Shown here: one piece after another, positions 35,976 to 47,396 of the stretch | Layout of the letters: each line of letters begins with the position of its first letter | How positions within the stretch are numbered: position 1 is the first letter of the stretch | DNA from: Neodothiora populina | Taxonomy: Eukaryota | Reading direction: 5' to 3' | Length of the DNA: 64,000 bases | Assembly: GCF_041146345.1 (NCBI RefSeq) | Contig: NW_027191410.1 | Span: 1,054,001 to 1,118,000 of the forward strand | The notes under the pieces: model-generated | Database searches by the model: none | The model's input: only the letters and a program-made list of their open reading frames with translations | What the model was told of the DNA's origin: nothing | Position numbers and translations under genes: made by a program

Positions 35976-38900
35976 TCAGACCTCGTCGAACCTCCTCAGA
36001 GGCACATACGCGCCTCTATTCTCCACATCGACCTTCTTAGCCGCTGCACGACCGAACCTGAAGCCCTTGAATCTGTTGACTAACCCTGTCATCCAGCTCT
36101 TTGACGCAGAAGAAGGGTCTGCTGCAAAAGCATCGCCGAGACCCGCAGCGACGTCTTTCAGATCTACATCCAACTCCAACACTTCGGCGTCTCTGAGCCA
36201 GCGTGGTCGTCTCCAACGTTTGAGAAGCAGACTGCTGACGACGACGGTGACGCTCGAGCAAGCCATTGCGGCGCCGGCGGCCATGGGCGGCAGGCTGATT
36301 CCCCACGGCAACAGAAAGCCCATTGCGATGGGCAGGCCGATGGCGTTGTACACGCAGGCCCAGATGAGGTTCAGCTTGATGCGGCGGAAAATGCTGCGGC
36401 TGAGTTGCAACGAGGCGGGGATGTCGAGCAGGTCGTTGGGCCGCATGAGGACGATGTCGGCCGCTTCGATGGCCACATCGGTGCCGCTTGCGAGCGAGAT
36501 GCCGACCGAGGCGGTCGCGAGAGCGGGCGAGTCGTTTATGCCGTCGCCGACCATGGCCACGCAGTTTCCCGCTGCTTGGAGGTCTTCGATGATGGTGCGT
36601 TTGCCCGAGGGGAGGACGCCGGCGTGTACGTTACTGGGGGAGATGTTGAGGAGTGCGGCGACGTGGTGCGCGGTCGAGGCTTGGTCGCCTGTCACTATGG
36701 ACGTGGTGATGTTCATGCGGTGGAGGGCTGCAATGGCTGCGGCTGCGGATGGCTTGAGGATGTCGGACAGCGAGAGAGAGCCGGTGTATGTCTTGTCGAT
36801 TGCCGTGTGGATGGTCGTCGTGCCCGCGGATTGGGACTTCTTTGAAGAAGCAATGGCGTCGCTTGTGTCTTCAGCGAACGCATTGGGATCGTTCTCTTCG
36901 TCTTCGGAGAAAGGCAGAATAACTCCTTGAGCACGCAAGAACGCAGCGTTACCGACTAGTACATTGTAGCGTTTGCGTTGGGGAGAGATCGCAGCTTCTA
37001 CATTCGCAGAAATACCTTTGCCTACTGTCGAGGCAAAGTCGCCAACAGTGCCATCGAGGGTCCCGTCTGGCCCAAGTCCCAAGTGGGCGCGAGCCGCATT
37101 TGCGATGCAGCGCGCAATCGGATGCTCACTGTTCATCTCAGCAAGACCTATCAGAGTCCACCACAATCGTAATCTTGCTGCGTCTGCTGTCCATTCTTTG
37201 CTTTGGATGTCTGCTTTGGAGACGCTCATCTTTCCCATGGTCAGGGTTCCGGTTTTATCGAGAACAATGTGGTTGACCTTGGTGGCCATCTCCAATGTTG
37301 CACCTCCCTTGATGAGAATACCTTGCTCAGCACCAACGCCAGTTCCGACCATGACAGCGGTGGGCGTTGCGAGACCCAAGGCGCAGGGACAAGCGAAAAC
37401 AATGACAGCGATACATAGCTTGACACAGACCATGATGCTTCCGCCACTGGCCTCGTCTGTGAATATCTTTGGTGGTGTGGGTAGAATGTGACTTAGGACC
37501 ATCCAAGCGGTAAAGGTAGCCAGACCTAGAGTGATGATGATGGGCACGAAATAGCCAGCCACGACATCAGCCATGCGTTGGATGGGTGCACGGCTCGTCT
37601 GTGCCTCCTGGACCAGACGGACGATCTGACTGAGTTGTGTGTCGCGGCCAGCGCGAGTAACCTTGAAATCCAGGCGTCCCGCGCCATTCACAGTTCCGGC
37701 CATGAGGAGCTTGCCTCTACTTTTGAGAATTGGCATCGCCTCTCCGGTGACCATGCTCTCGTTCACATAACTTTCTCCACGGATGACAGTTCCATCGGCG
37801 GGGATCTTGTCTCCGGGCTTCAGTACGACGATGTCGCCGACTTCGATCAGCTCAGTAGGTACAGTCTTCTCCTCGATTGCTGATCCCGCGCTTTCTTTTA
37901 CAGAATCCCTCTTCTCATCTTTATCAGCTTCATCACTGGAAGCAGCATCCCACTCCTCGGCCGCCTTCATGGCAGCAATGGGATCGGCATAGATGACAGC
38001 AGTCGAAGGAGCCAAGCTCATGAGTCGCGACAAGGCTTTGGACGTTTGTCCCTTGGCTCGGTTCTCGAGGAATCGACCGAGCATGATAAAGGTGATAAGC
38101 ATAGTGCTGGTGTCAAAGGTAGTCGCAGGCCTTGAATGAGGCGGGGTGATGATGGACACTAGCATTGCTGCGCAACTGAAGAAGAATGCTGCAGAAGTTC
38201 CCAAAACCACCAATACATCCATAGTAGGCGAAGCATGTCTCAGTGATCTGAAAGCGGAAACATAGAATCGCTTGCCGATACCGAATTGGACTGGTATAGT
38301 AAGTAACAAACAAATAATATCGCCAAGCCAGAGTCCAGGGATGAATGGAATTTGATAGCTGCCATAATCCAGGAAGGGCAGAAACATGGGGATGATCATG
38401 CTCGTCAAGAATACCGGTACGGCAAAGGCAAGTGAGATGCGGAACCCTCTCGACCACTGCTGGATCTCCTTCGTCTTGGCTAGCGACTCGAGTTGTGCGT
38501 TGTTGTCGTCGTTCTCAGCAGTCAATGCATTGAAGCCCTCATGCTCTATCGTCTCGACAATCGCTCGTAATCCAGTCTGCGTGGGATTGTATGATACCGA
38601 GGCGCGGCCCGTCTGGTAATTGATCTTGACGGCTTTGCTTCCCTTTCGTTTTCGCAGCAGCTGCTCCAGACTTGCTGCCGCTGACGGCGTGGTGACTCCG
38701 AAAAGCTTCAGTTCGACCGTGTTGCTCGCTTGCCGTGATCGTGAGCCCTCTTCTCGGGATGATAGAACCTTGGCCTCGAATCCTCGATCTTCAATGATCT
38801 CTGCAATCTGTTCGGCGGTGATCCTCGTAGGATCGTGCAGAACAACTGCTCTCTCTGCCAGAAGCGAAATGTTGAACTGCACCACACCGTCCGCATCCTC

Positions 38901-39749
38901 GAATCCGCCTTCGACCGCAGAAGTGCACGCTCCGCATGTCATTCCTCCGATCGCGACGATCGTCTGGAACAGCTGATCCTTCTTCGATGATCGTCTCGTC
39001 TTTGTTCTTGTGACAGCCGGTGCTGAAGGTTTCGACTCGACGACTTCGGCATCGAAGCCAGTGTCCTCTATCGTCTCCGCAATCTGCTCCGCAGTAATAA
39101 TCTTCGGGTCGTGCTCCAAGACGGCGCGCTCGCTCAGGAGTGAAATGCTAAAGTTCTTGATTCCAGACACATCTTTGAATGCGCCCTCGACGGCGCTTGT
39201 GCAGGCACCGCATGTCATGCCGCCAACCTTGACCGTCGTTGCCATGAACCCAGAATCCTGCTCCGCGCCTTCCTCTTCGATGTCCTCCTCCTCAGACTCG
39301 TCTATTATGCCCAGTCCTACGTTCTTGTCTGAATCTGAGCTCAAGACTTCGGCGTCGAAGCCCCTGTCCTCAATGATTTCTCTTATCTGCTCAGCACTGA
39401 TCTTGTTATCATCATGCATGACGACCGCGCGCTCCATGACTAGCGAAACAGACACACTGCCGACGCCGTCCACATCCTTGAAGCCGGATTCGACGGCCGA
39501 AGTGCATGCGCCGCATGTCATGCCCTCGACTTTTAGTGTAGTCGTAGTGAGATGCGCACTGGGCGCTCTTGTCCGCCGCGATAGCATCTCGGGACTTTCG
39601 TGTGATTGTTGCGAACCCGGCGAGTTCTTTGCGGACCACCTTGACGTCGTCGGTGAGATTGGGGAGTGAGGCGACAGTAATTGCGCCGTGTCGTCGGACG
39701 ATTGTTGGCCGCCTGACGAGAAGCCAGGCACCTTGAGCGTAACCCCCAT
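35976..39749 (-). CDS. CCC2: Cu(I)-transporting P1B-type ATPase (Ccc2/CtpA type)
   Basis: Three GMTCGAC heavy-metal domains plus a degenerate fourth; TGEA, CPC, DKTGT, SEHP, GDGINDSPAL, and the YN and MACSS Cu-site residues. Confidence 0.93.
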   Translation of the reverse strand: MGVTLKVPGFSSGGQQSSDDTAQLLSPHSPISPTTSRWSAKNSPGSQQSHESPEMLSRRTRAPSAHLTTTTLKVEGMTCGACTSAVESGFKDVDGVGSVSVSLVMERAVVMHDDNKISAEQIREIIEDRGFDAEVLSSDSDKNVGLGIIDESEEEDIEEEGAEQDSGFMATTVKVGGMTCGACTSAVEGAFKDVSGIKNFSISLLSERAVLEHDPKIITAEQIAETIEDTGFDAEVVESKPSAPAVTRTKTRRSSKKDQLFQTIVAIGGMTCGACTSAVEGGFEDADGVVQFNISLLAERAVVLHDPTRITAEQIAEIIEDRGFEAKVLSSREEGSRSRQASNTVELKLFGVTTPSAAASLEQLLRKRKGSKAVKINYQTGRASVSYNPTQTGLRAIVETIEHEGFNALTAENDDNNAQLESLAKTKEIQQWSRGFRISLAFAVPVFLTSMIIPMFLPFLDYGSYQIPFIPGLWLGDIICLLLTIPVQFGIGKRFYVSAFRSLRHASPTMDVLVVLGTSAAFFFSCAAMLVSIITPPHSRPATTFDTSTMLITFIMLGRFLENRAKGQTSKALSRLMSLAPSTAVIYADPIAAMKAAEEWDAASSDEADKDEKRDSVKESAGSAIEEKTVPTELIEVGDIVVLKPGDKIPADGTVIRGESYVNESMVTGEAMPILKSRGKLLMAGTVNGAGRLDFKVTRAGRDTQLSQIVRLVQEAQTSRAPIQRMADVVAGYFVPIIITLGLATFTAWMVLSHILPTPPKIFTDEASGGSIMVCVKLCIAVIVFACPCALGLATPTAVMVGTGVGAEQGILIKGGATLEMATKVNHIVLDKTGTLTMGKMSVSKADIQSKEWTADAARLRLWWTLIGLAEMNSEHPIARCIANAARAHLGLGPDGTLDGTVGDFASTVGKGISANVEAAISPQRKRYNVLVGNAAFLRAQGVILPFSEDEENDPNAFAEDTSDAIASSKKSQSAGTTTIHTAIDKTYTGSLSLSDILKPSAAAAIAALHRMNITTSIVTGDQASTAHHVAALLNISPSNVHAGVLPSGKRTIIEDLQAAGNCVAMVGDGINDSPALATASVGISLASGTDVAIEAADIVLMRPNDLLDIPASLQLSRSIFRRIKLNLIWACVYNAIGLPIAMGFLLPWGISLPPMAAGAAMACSSVTVVVSSLLLKRWRRPRWLRDAEVLELDVDLKDVAAGLGDAFAADPSSASKSWMTGLVNRFKGFRFGRAAAKKVDVENRGAYVPLRRFDEV

Positions 39750-42098
39750 AGCGGTTTCTGTAGTTTGTGTCTGCTACTGCTGCAGACAAAGACAAGTTGC
39801 GCGCGGAAGAATTGTGCTTCGCGATCGGTGGCTGGAGCTGTTTGTCACCAGGACAAGGAAAGAGCGGCGATCCGTAGTCGTTGGGGGATCGCAAGATAGT
39901 CGTTGGATTGTTTTTGAAAGACAGTGCAGAGAAGCCCTTGGTCTTGTCGCCGTGCAAGGCTGCGACGGCAGCGACGGCAGCTGAATGAGTGATATACCTC
40001 TTTCGTCTTGACATGCACCATGCACATGCGACCATCAGCTGAGTGAACAAGGCCTACCGCGCTGTCCAGAACTGCGGTTGACGAGGTGATTGGTGGCGTT
40101 CAGCCTGATCCTGTGTTTCCTTTGGTAAAAGACACCTTAACCCCGGGGCTGATTGTACCTATCTATTATGGCAAAGACAAAAGAGATCAAGTACTTTTGT
40201 TGAAGGCGAGGGAAACGGATTCAAAGAATCACTTTGAGCATGTGCAAGACCGTCAGGAGCCCATGCGAACCTATCCAATCATTGAGAAACGACTAATCCA
40301 GAAAGCTGAGATCATCAAACGTTTCATCTAATCGTCTTTCCCACCTCCCAACTCGCATACAGCATTTAAGCCATTAACTAAACACCCTTGAGCCAATGTT
40401 TCAATGACGACTTCGGCAAGGTGCGGAGCCGAACGACCCTTTGATTCCGTTTCTGAAATGGCCCCGGCTCCCTTGCCTTATAGAGCCAGATTGCTTTCCT
40501 GATGGCAATTACCATTCCATTACTGTACAGCACGATACTCGAACAATGCGTGCATGCATGCAGCAATTGAGAACCGACAGGCCAAGTGCTTAGATCTTTT
40601 ATGAATTCTTCAGCCTCAAAACAATGTAAACCAAGTCGCACCCCTGGAAGTCTCACACGTCCATTAAAGAGAGAGTTTGCCGCTTCTGCTTCTGATTCCA
40701 CTACCTGCTCCCTACCGCACTGTAAGCGAAAGCAAAAAAGCCCCTACCAGCAAAAGCTCAGTCAGGGACGGAACAGAAAGAGCGCTAGTACTAATCTCCG
40801 AAACCTCCTTCTCTCTCTCTCTCTCTCTCTTGGCCTCCCTTGCCTCCTTCTTTTCCTTAGAAAATCGGAGCGTGTGTGCACTGCACTGCTCGCGCTTCGG
40901 GCGGCACGAGTATAGTCGTAGTCGTGCCCCCGCCACCAGCAGGGTACCTATGGAATCTTGCCGCGAAAGTTACATAATCACTCATGAGCAAGGTAGTGAC
41001 AAAACACATCACTAGCAATGCTTACAACATGTAGGGGATGTAGTCTCACAGTGCTACTGACAAAGCACGTACACAGAACACCGGAGGACAAGAACAGGTC
41101 GTGGATCATGATGTAGCTGTATCCATTCTTTTCATTGGCAGGTAAGTCCAAAGGAAGACGACTGGACCAGCCGTCCAAACCAGCCTCTAGAGCTTATACA
41201 CTGTAAGGTACTATTAGCCACATCTGGCTGCCAGGTAAAGGCAGTGTACCGTATCCTCTGCCTTGTCCTATCGAAGTATAAACACAAGCTGAAGATACCC
41301 ACTATACAGTAGCTGGGTACTGCATGAAAGTTGTCAGCAGTACCTGTGGATGAAACTATCCTTCTCAAGGTACTATCTGTACCGAGTATTGGAGTTTGTT
41401 GTCGATACACGAGATGTCAAATTCATCATGAATGTTACATAGATTCAAGGTAGATACAGATTCAGCTGCTGCCAGATATGTATGACCTATCCACGATCCT
41501 GTAGAGTAAGGGTTCACCTTGACTATACTGTGCGCACTCTCGCTAAGGCATATCTGTCATCTTCTTACACGAGTGCTTAAGCTAAACATCCACATATCAT
41601 CGTGGCCAACGAGGACTGATGACAGGAAATGCGCGTCATGTCGCGTGTGTCCAATGTGGACGAAAGACGAGGACCATCTCGAGGGCGGTAAATGCCCATA
41701 TCAATCACATGTTTGCAAAGCACACGATACAAAAGAGCCAAAAAATAGGGGTTTCAAGGGAATGTTTTTCTGGAGTGGAATAGTAAATGATCTAGGAGTC
41801 TGATTCCAAATGAAGAGTCACTCGCGCACGCACGCACGCACGCACGCCTGCCTCCCAACCAATCCTTTCTCTCCGTTTAAGAAGATAGAGAAGTGACACC
41901 ATATCGACCTTGCGTAACACTCACACACTCGACCGCATAATCGCACCGTAATTGAAAACTGGGAATGAAAAAAAACGTAAAGAGGATTTCGCCAATCTCT
42001 CCCCTAGCCAGCCTGTTGGTTGATAGACAAAAGCCGGGGTTGGACGTTGGTCACATTTGCCATAATCGCGTGATGGATGGAGACTGTAATGGTGAGCC

Positions 42099-43068
42099 TT
42101 ACTCGGAAGCCTTGGCCTCCTCGGTGGAGGCGGGTGCCTCGGCGGTCTCCTTGGCCTCGGCGGCAGGTGCGGCCTCAGCGGAGGGGTCAGCCTCGGATGA
42201 AGTCCAGAGGGTCTGCATTGACCGTTAGTTATTGCCAACAATAAAAAAGTGATTGTGATCAATCATACCAGGTTGTCGCGGAGGAGCTGCATGATGAGAG
42301 TCGAGTCCTTGTAGCTCTCCTCGCTGAGGGTGTCGAGCTCGGCAATGGCATCGTCAAAGGCAGCCTTGGCAAGGTGGCAGGCCTTGTCGGGAGAGTTCAG
42401 GATCTCGTAGTAGAAGACGGAGAAGTTCAAGGCAAGACCGAGACGGATGGGGTGGGTAGGTGCGAGGTCAGTCTGAGCGACTTCGGTAGCGTTTTGGTAG
42501 GCCTCGAGCGACTTGTCGGCGGAAGTCTTTCTCTTGTCGCCGAGAGCGAACTCGGCAAGGTAACGGTGGTAGTCACCCTTCCTGTTGTCATCGTGAGCAT
42601 TCGCTTCCTCAGCGTGACCGACACAGCTTCACACGTACATCTTGTGGTAGAAGACCTTGGACTCGCCGCTCTGGGCTGAAGGAATGAGGTGCTTGTCAAG
42701 GACCTCTAGGATGTCTTCGCAGATCTGAGCAAGCTCGGCCTCGATCTTCTCACGGTACTCCTTGATAAGATGGACCTGGGCCTCGTTGCCCTTGGACTCC
42801 TCCTTCTGCTCGATGGAGGTGACGATTCTCCAAGACGCGCGGCGAGCGCCGATAACGTTCTTGTAAGCAACGGAAAGAAGATTTCTCTCCTCAACAGAGA
42901 GCTCCTGGTTGGCAGAGGCGACAGTCTTCATGTTCTCGACCATCTCTGGAGCTACATGTTAGCTTGTTGTTTTCTCAATCGAAAACAACGCGCTTGGATG
43001 AACATACCCTCATAGCGCTCGGCCTGCTCGGCCAGCTTGGCCAGATAGACGGAATCTTCGTAACCCAT
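42099..43068 (-). CDS. 14-3-3 protein (Bmh1/Rad24/ArtA family); introns 42946-43007, 42582-42638, 42213-42268
   Basis: Motifs [70 protein letters not shown] and [21 protein letters not shown]. Splice sites are canonical. Confidence 0.97.
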
Positions 43069-46000
43069 TTTGTGACGGTGGTGATGGTGAGTCTGATGGT
43101 GCGGCATTTTGTTAGCTCGGAGGTTTTTTTCGAAGTTGATAAGATGATGAGTCGGGATGACAAGACAGTGATGGTGCAGAAAATTGAAAGCGACGGGAGC
43201 TCCAATGAGTCAAAGGAAGCCGTGGAATCAGGCGGAAGCGGTGGGTTAGTATTGCTGGTTGTGATTCGAGTGCAGCGCAGGTGTTTTTGATACAGGAGCA
43301 GCTCTTTTCTCAACGTTGTTGACGATTGCGCATTTCAATGTCTGGCAAGCGCGATGGATGCGCATGATTGCGCTGCGCCGTGTTGACACGCAACAGGGAG
43401 TCGCGTAGGCGAAACGAGTCTGATAGCTCGAGGCAGGTGCGATATCCCATCAACTCATCCCATTTTCCGTCTGACTTTGACTTTTGTTCTTTCGCCTGCT
43501 TTGGCGACCATGACAACATCTTGTTGTTGAGGAAAGAGCTGCGCATGACCCGCACACGTGTTCGCTGTTGCCAAACTGATGGTTGAATACACAGAGAGAA
43601 GGGGCGAGAGGTACAAACGGACTAACTCGGCAGATACAAGGAAGGACGATTGAGCCTTACCTGAACGTCGATTAGATCGCTTGAAAAGATGTAAGTCGCG
43701 TAAGATCGTAGCGGAGATGGAATTTATCGATCGGATGTGGTTGAATGTGATGGAAATGTCGAGACGACCGAGGGGTTGTGGACTATGACGAGCGAGGATC
43801 TGGCTACGCCAAGGGCCAGCTGGGCACACCTGCCAAGGCCGGCTTAGACTCCACATATCACCCTTCACCCTTTGACTCCTTGACATTTGGCCTGGGGTGA
43901 TTTGCTCTCCACTATTCCATATGGGATCTGTCCACGTCGGCGCATCGGCCTTCGACGGCAGCTTCGTCACGCGCGGGTGTGCGTCTAAAAGCCGTGATGA
44001 ATCATGGATCCGTTGGTTGGTTCTTACATGGCAACCAATATGCATGCTTTCCTTACACTGAGTCTGGTAGCCGCCTGCCTGGCAGAGAAAGTCTATGTGT
44101 ATTTGTGACGAAAAGAGACTTGTGACCATATGGGTAGGATGAAGGAGAGGGTCGTGCCGATAAGCTTGCATAGAGTGCACAAAAGTACATTTGAACCCTG
44201 GCTAGCTGCTGGACCACGGCATCTATTTGTTTGTTTGTTGTATGCAAGTGTGGATACTAAGTATATATCTTATATTGATCTGCTATGCATTAGGAATCAT
44301 TGCCGGAGCAAGGTATCGTGAACGGGTAGCCCTCGCTGCACATGATAACATATCCATCCGTCTTTTGGTATGCTACATGGACACTTTTGACCTGCAAACA
44401 GCTAAGGTACCTTAGCTTACTCTATCTGAGGTATGCCACGTGGCGGCTCCTAGCCAGCACTGTATGTTGTGTCTGCGCAACGAACTCTCTTTCCACCGCC
44501 GAGGACCACTATCGTTGTCTCGCCGTGAGCATAGCTTAGTCTTCTACACGATCACGTGCGGTGTTATTCCCGTCAAGCGGGCCTAGCGGCCGGGTCTTTA
44601 CCTTATCTACCAAGTGGTGCTGTCCGACAGATCAATAGTGCGGTTGATCATCCCAATTGCGGGTATACGGAACAGCAAAAGTTGTGGCGATACTTGTATA
44701 CAGAAGCTGAGTGGTATCTGCTATAGTATCACTTTCAAGATGGGCTATAGAAGCGGGACCGAGTTTTTGGATAAGTGGCGGTGCAAGATATGGGTGTTGA
44801 AGGTCACTACTAGTAGTATAGATCTACCATCTTGCACTCTGACATTCTTGACAGAAACGAAACAAGTTAAATTCTTGTGGTGTGTCAATCTTCTCAGATG
44901 CCGTGGAAACATACCGCAAACCAAATTAATTCCAAAGCGCCGATGGATGGCGCACCAGCGCAAGCCAAGCTGATATCGGTTGAATTCATACCCATACATA
45001 AACACCTCATCGCATTCATCACATCCCAATAGAGATCCCAGAAAAGCTTTGCACTCAATTCACATTCCCATCCCTCTCCAAGCGTTCGATATCCGCCTTC
45101 CACTCCCTCTCACGATCAGCCCTCGTACTCTCCCTCCTCGTCTGATCACGTCTCATTCCTTCATCATTCGACGCCTCCTTGAGCACAAATCCATTCGCAG
45201 CCCGCGGAGCTAGGAAGGCGTCTTTGAGCACAGAAGTCACTCTTTTTTCTGATGATTTGTGACTTGATTTGGCACTTGGTCTGGGACTGGGATTTAGCGT
45301 TGTAGAAGTACCTGTGTCCCGAGTGCTGCTGTTGTATTGAATCTGTGAATGGGGCTGGTGGTCTTCCTGCCGGTGCGCTGCAGGGAGGGATTCTTTCTCT
45401 CGGACGAGAGATTGCTGGTAGGCGATTTGGGATCTTTGCTGGGCCTTCTCGCCTGAGGTGCGCTTGTGCGCTTTGAATAGGAGTGATATGGGGAGACACA
45501 TTTTTCCTTGTGGTTTTTGTTTCTTTCGTTTCCTGGATGCGCTGCTTTCCCGACCTAGTAGTGGGTATTTTACTGTCTCCGCCGGGACTTCAACAAGATG
45601 ATCGGTAGGTCCTTCATTCAATTGATCCTGTGCGTCCAATTCTCCTCGTGTTATTGCGCTGTATTATCCTCTCCTTGCGAGATATTCGCCGTCGAGGATA
45701 ATGACGTAGCAAGCGACCGACCCTGTCGGCTATATCAAATCTACGGGTGGTATCGTTCAATGGTCCCTCACCACCCTTTCCATCTGCATACACAGCAAAT
45801 TTGAGACCGAACACAAGAAACAGATAGATAGCAGCACAGAAAGTCCAGCTTCCAGTGAGGTAAGGTAGTTTCGGAGATTGAAGAGAAAGGACGTCGAGCA
45901 AGATGTAAGTTTAGAAAAGTGATATGTCCTCTTCTTCTCACCTTTAACCGACCCTTGGCATAACGACGGTTATAACAAAACGACAGGGTACGAATAAGCA

Positions 46001-47396
46001 TTACCTTACCTTGCCTTTTCACTTTCTGGCAAAGGTTCCCGAAGGTTGGGTCACACGCAGCCCATCGTCGCCGCCTTTTACTGCACAAGTAAGGTACCTA
46101 CCTTGGCGAAGTATCCCCATCAAGTCCCTCCGAATCCTCACCGCATCTCAGGTTTCTGTTGACGTTTGACGGTCGACGGTGAGGTACAGGTGTGATGTAA
46201 TGCAGGGTTCGGAAAAGACTAAAACTCTATTTCTTCGACCAAGAAGCCGATGACCTTTTGAGAGATGTGAGAGGCTGTTGGATTATTGTCTTTGACCTAT
46301 TTTATACAGTCACAAGAGAATGTTGAGGTCAACGTCTCTACGAGTTGGATGTCGGTTGTACAGTAGATGACCTATGGACAAATGAAAAGGGCGAGGTAAG
46401 GGCGTCTTCGGTAAGGCAAGTACTATTATACGCAGGTCAAGGTCAGGATTGCCCTACAGTACATTACGCTATCTGACAGTTGTGGTAATAGCTCGTCTCA
46501 CCAACCTTTGCCATCCTCCATGATTACCATCCACACCATCAATTCCTCCCTTCGTTACAGCACGGTATAGTGTCACTTTGCTAGTGATCGTGGTAGTTCT
46601 TACTCATCCTTCCCACAATTGAAAGGCCACGACCCTGTTTCCTGTTTTGTACCTTTATATCTGCTCGGCTATAAGCACTTACTGTAATAAATTCTAGGAT
46701 CACCAAAGTCTTGGACTAACTAGGTACCCAAGCTTGTGTGCAGCAGCTCTAAAGTGACTGGCTGTGTGCTGTGTCTGACCTTATCTCGACCGTAGAAATA
46801 CATCTTCACACTAGATACGCAGATATACGTTCTACCTTGTGTATTCCAACTTTTCAGCCCCCGCGAGCATTTCCCGTGGCGGGTCATTCTCGTAGGGCGG
46901 AGGCTGCGATGGACGAACGTAAGGTGCCGGGCGGTAACTCTGGTTGACGTATATTGTCTTTTCACGGAGCCACCATGCTGATGAGGAATTGAGAAAAGTG
47001 CGATTCACCTGAAGAGCGGCGAACCATCGAGTATCACATAGCCGCTTCAAAAGAGAAAAAACATCAAGTGGACCTTCATATTCGCATATCGTGAAACTCA
47101 TGTCTGCTGTCAGCTTTTTCGTCTTATCATGTGCTGTCTGCTTGGCTTCGTAAGGAATAGGTACAAAAGTGGGATGAACAGGAGCAGAAGAATGACTGAT
47201 GAAAATCGGGGCATGGGAGTGTCCTTGAGCAGAGAAACAAAACCACAATCGTGACCGCCGATGCAAAATCCCCCTGAACGCCTGTCGTGCCTTTTTTCCG
47301 TCTGATGAAAATCATAACTCCGAGAATCCCCGTCAACAAACATGTCAGTCTCTCGGCGAGTGAGACCAGGTCCTACTCGTCCTTATCCATAGCATA

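Noticed and set aside
38520..38725. Fourth heavy-metal domain of Ccc2 lacking CxxC
   Set aside because: A degenerate membrane-proximal domain is, to my knowledge, common in filamentous-fungal Ccc2 orthologues; not novel.
40378..41015. Short overlapping ORFs between CCC2 and 14-3-3 (KEKKEAREAKRERERE)
   Set aside because: The charged tract comes from a (CT)n repeat; there is no domain and no convincing splice model.
45055..45639. 194-aa charged low-complexity ORF on the minus strand
   Set aside because: It starts at TTG with an in-frame stop just upstream, has no recognisable domain, and I could not model a first exon. It may be an orphan gene but is unsupported.
47190..47280. TGATGA ... CTGA box-like pair
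   Set aside because: It lies antisense in the probable 3' UTR of the kelch-BTB gene, with no terminal stem or recognisable rRNA guide.
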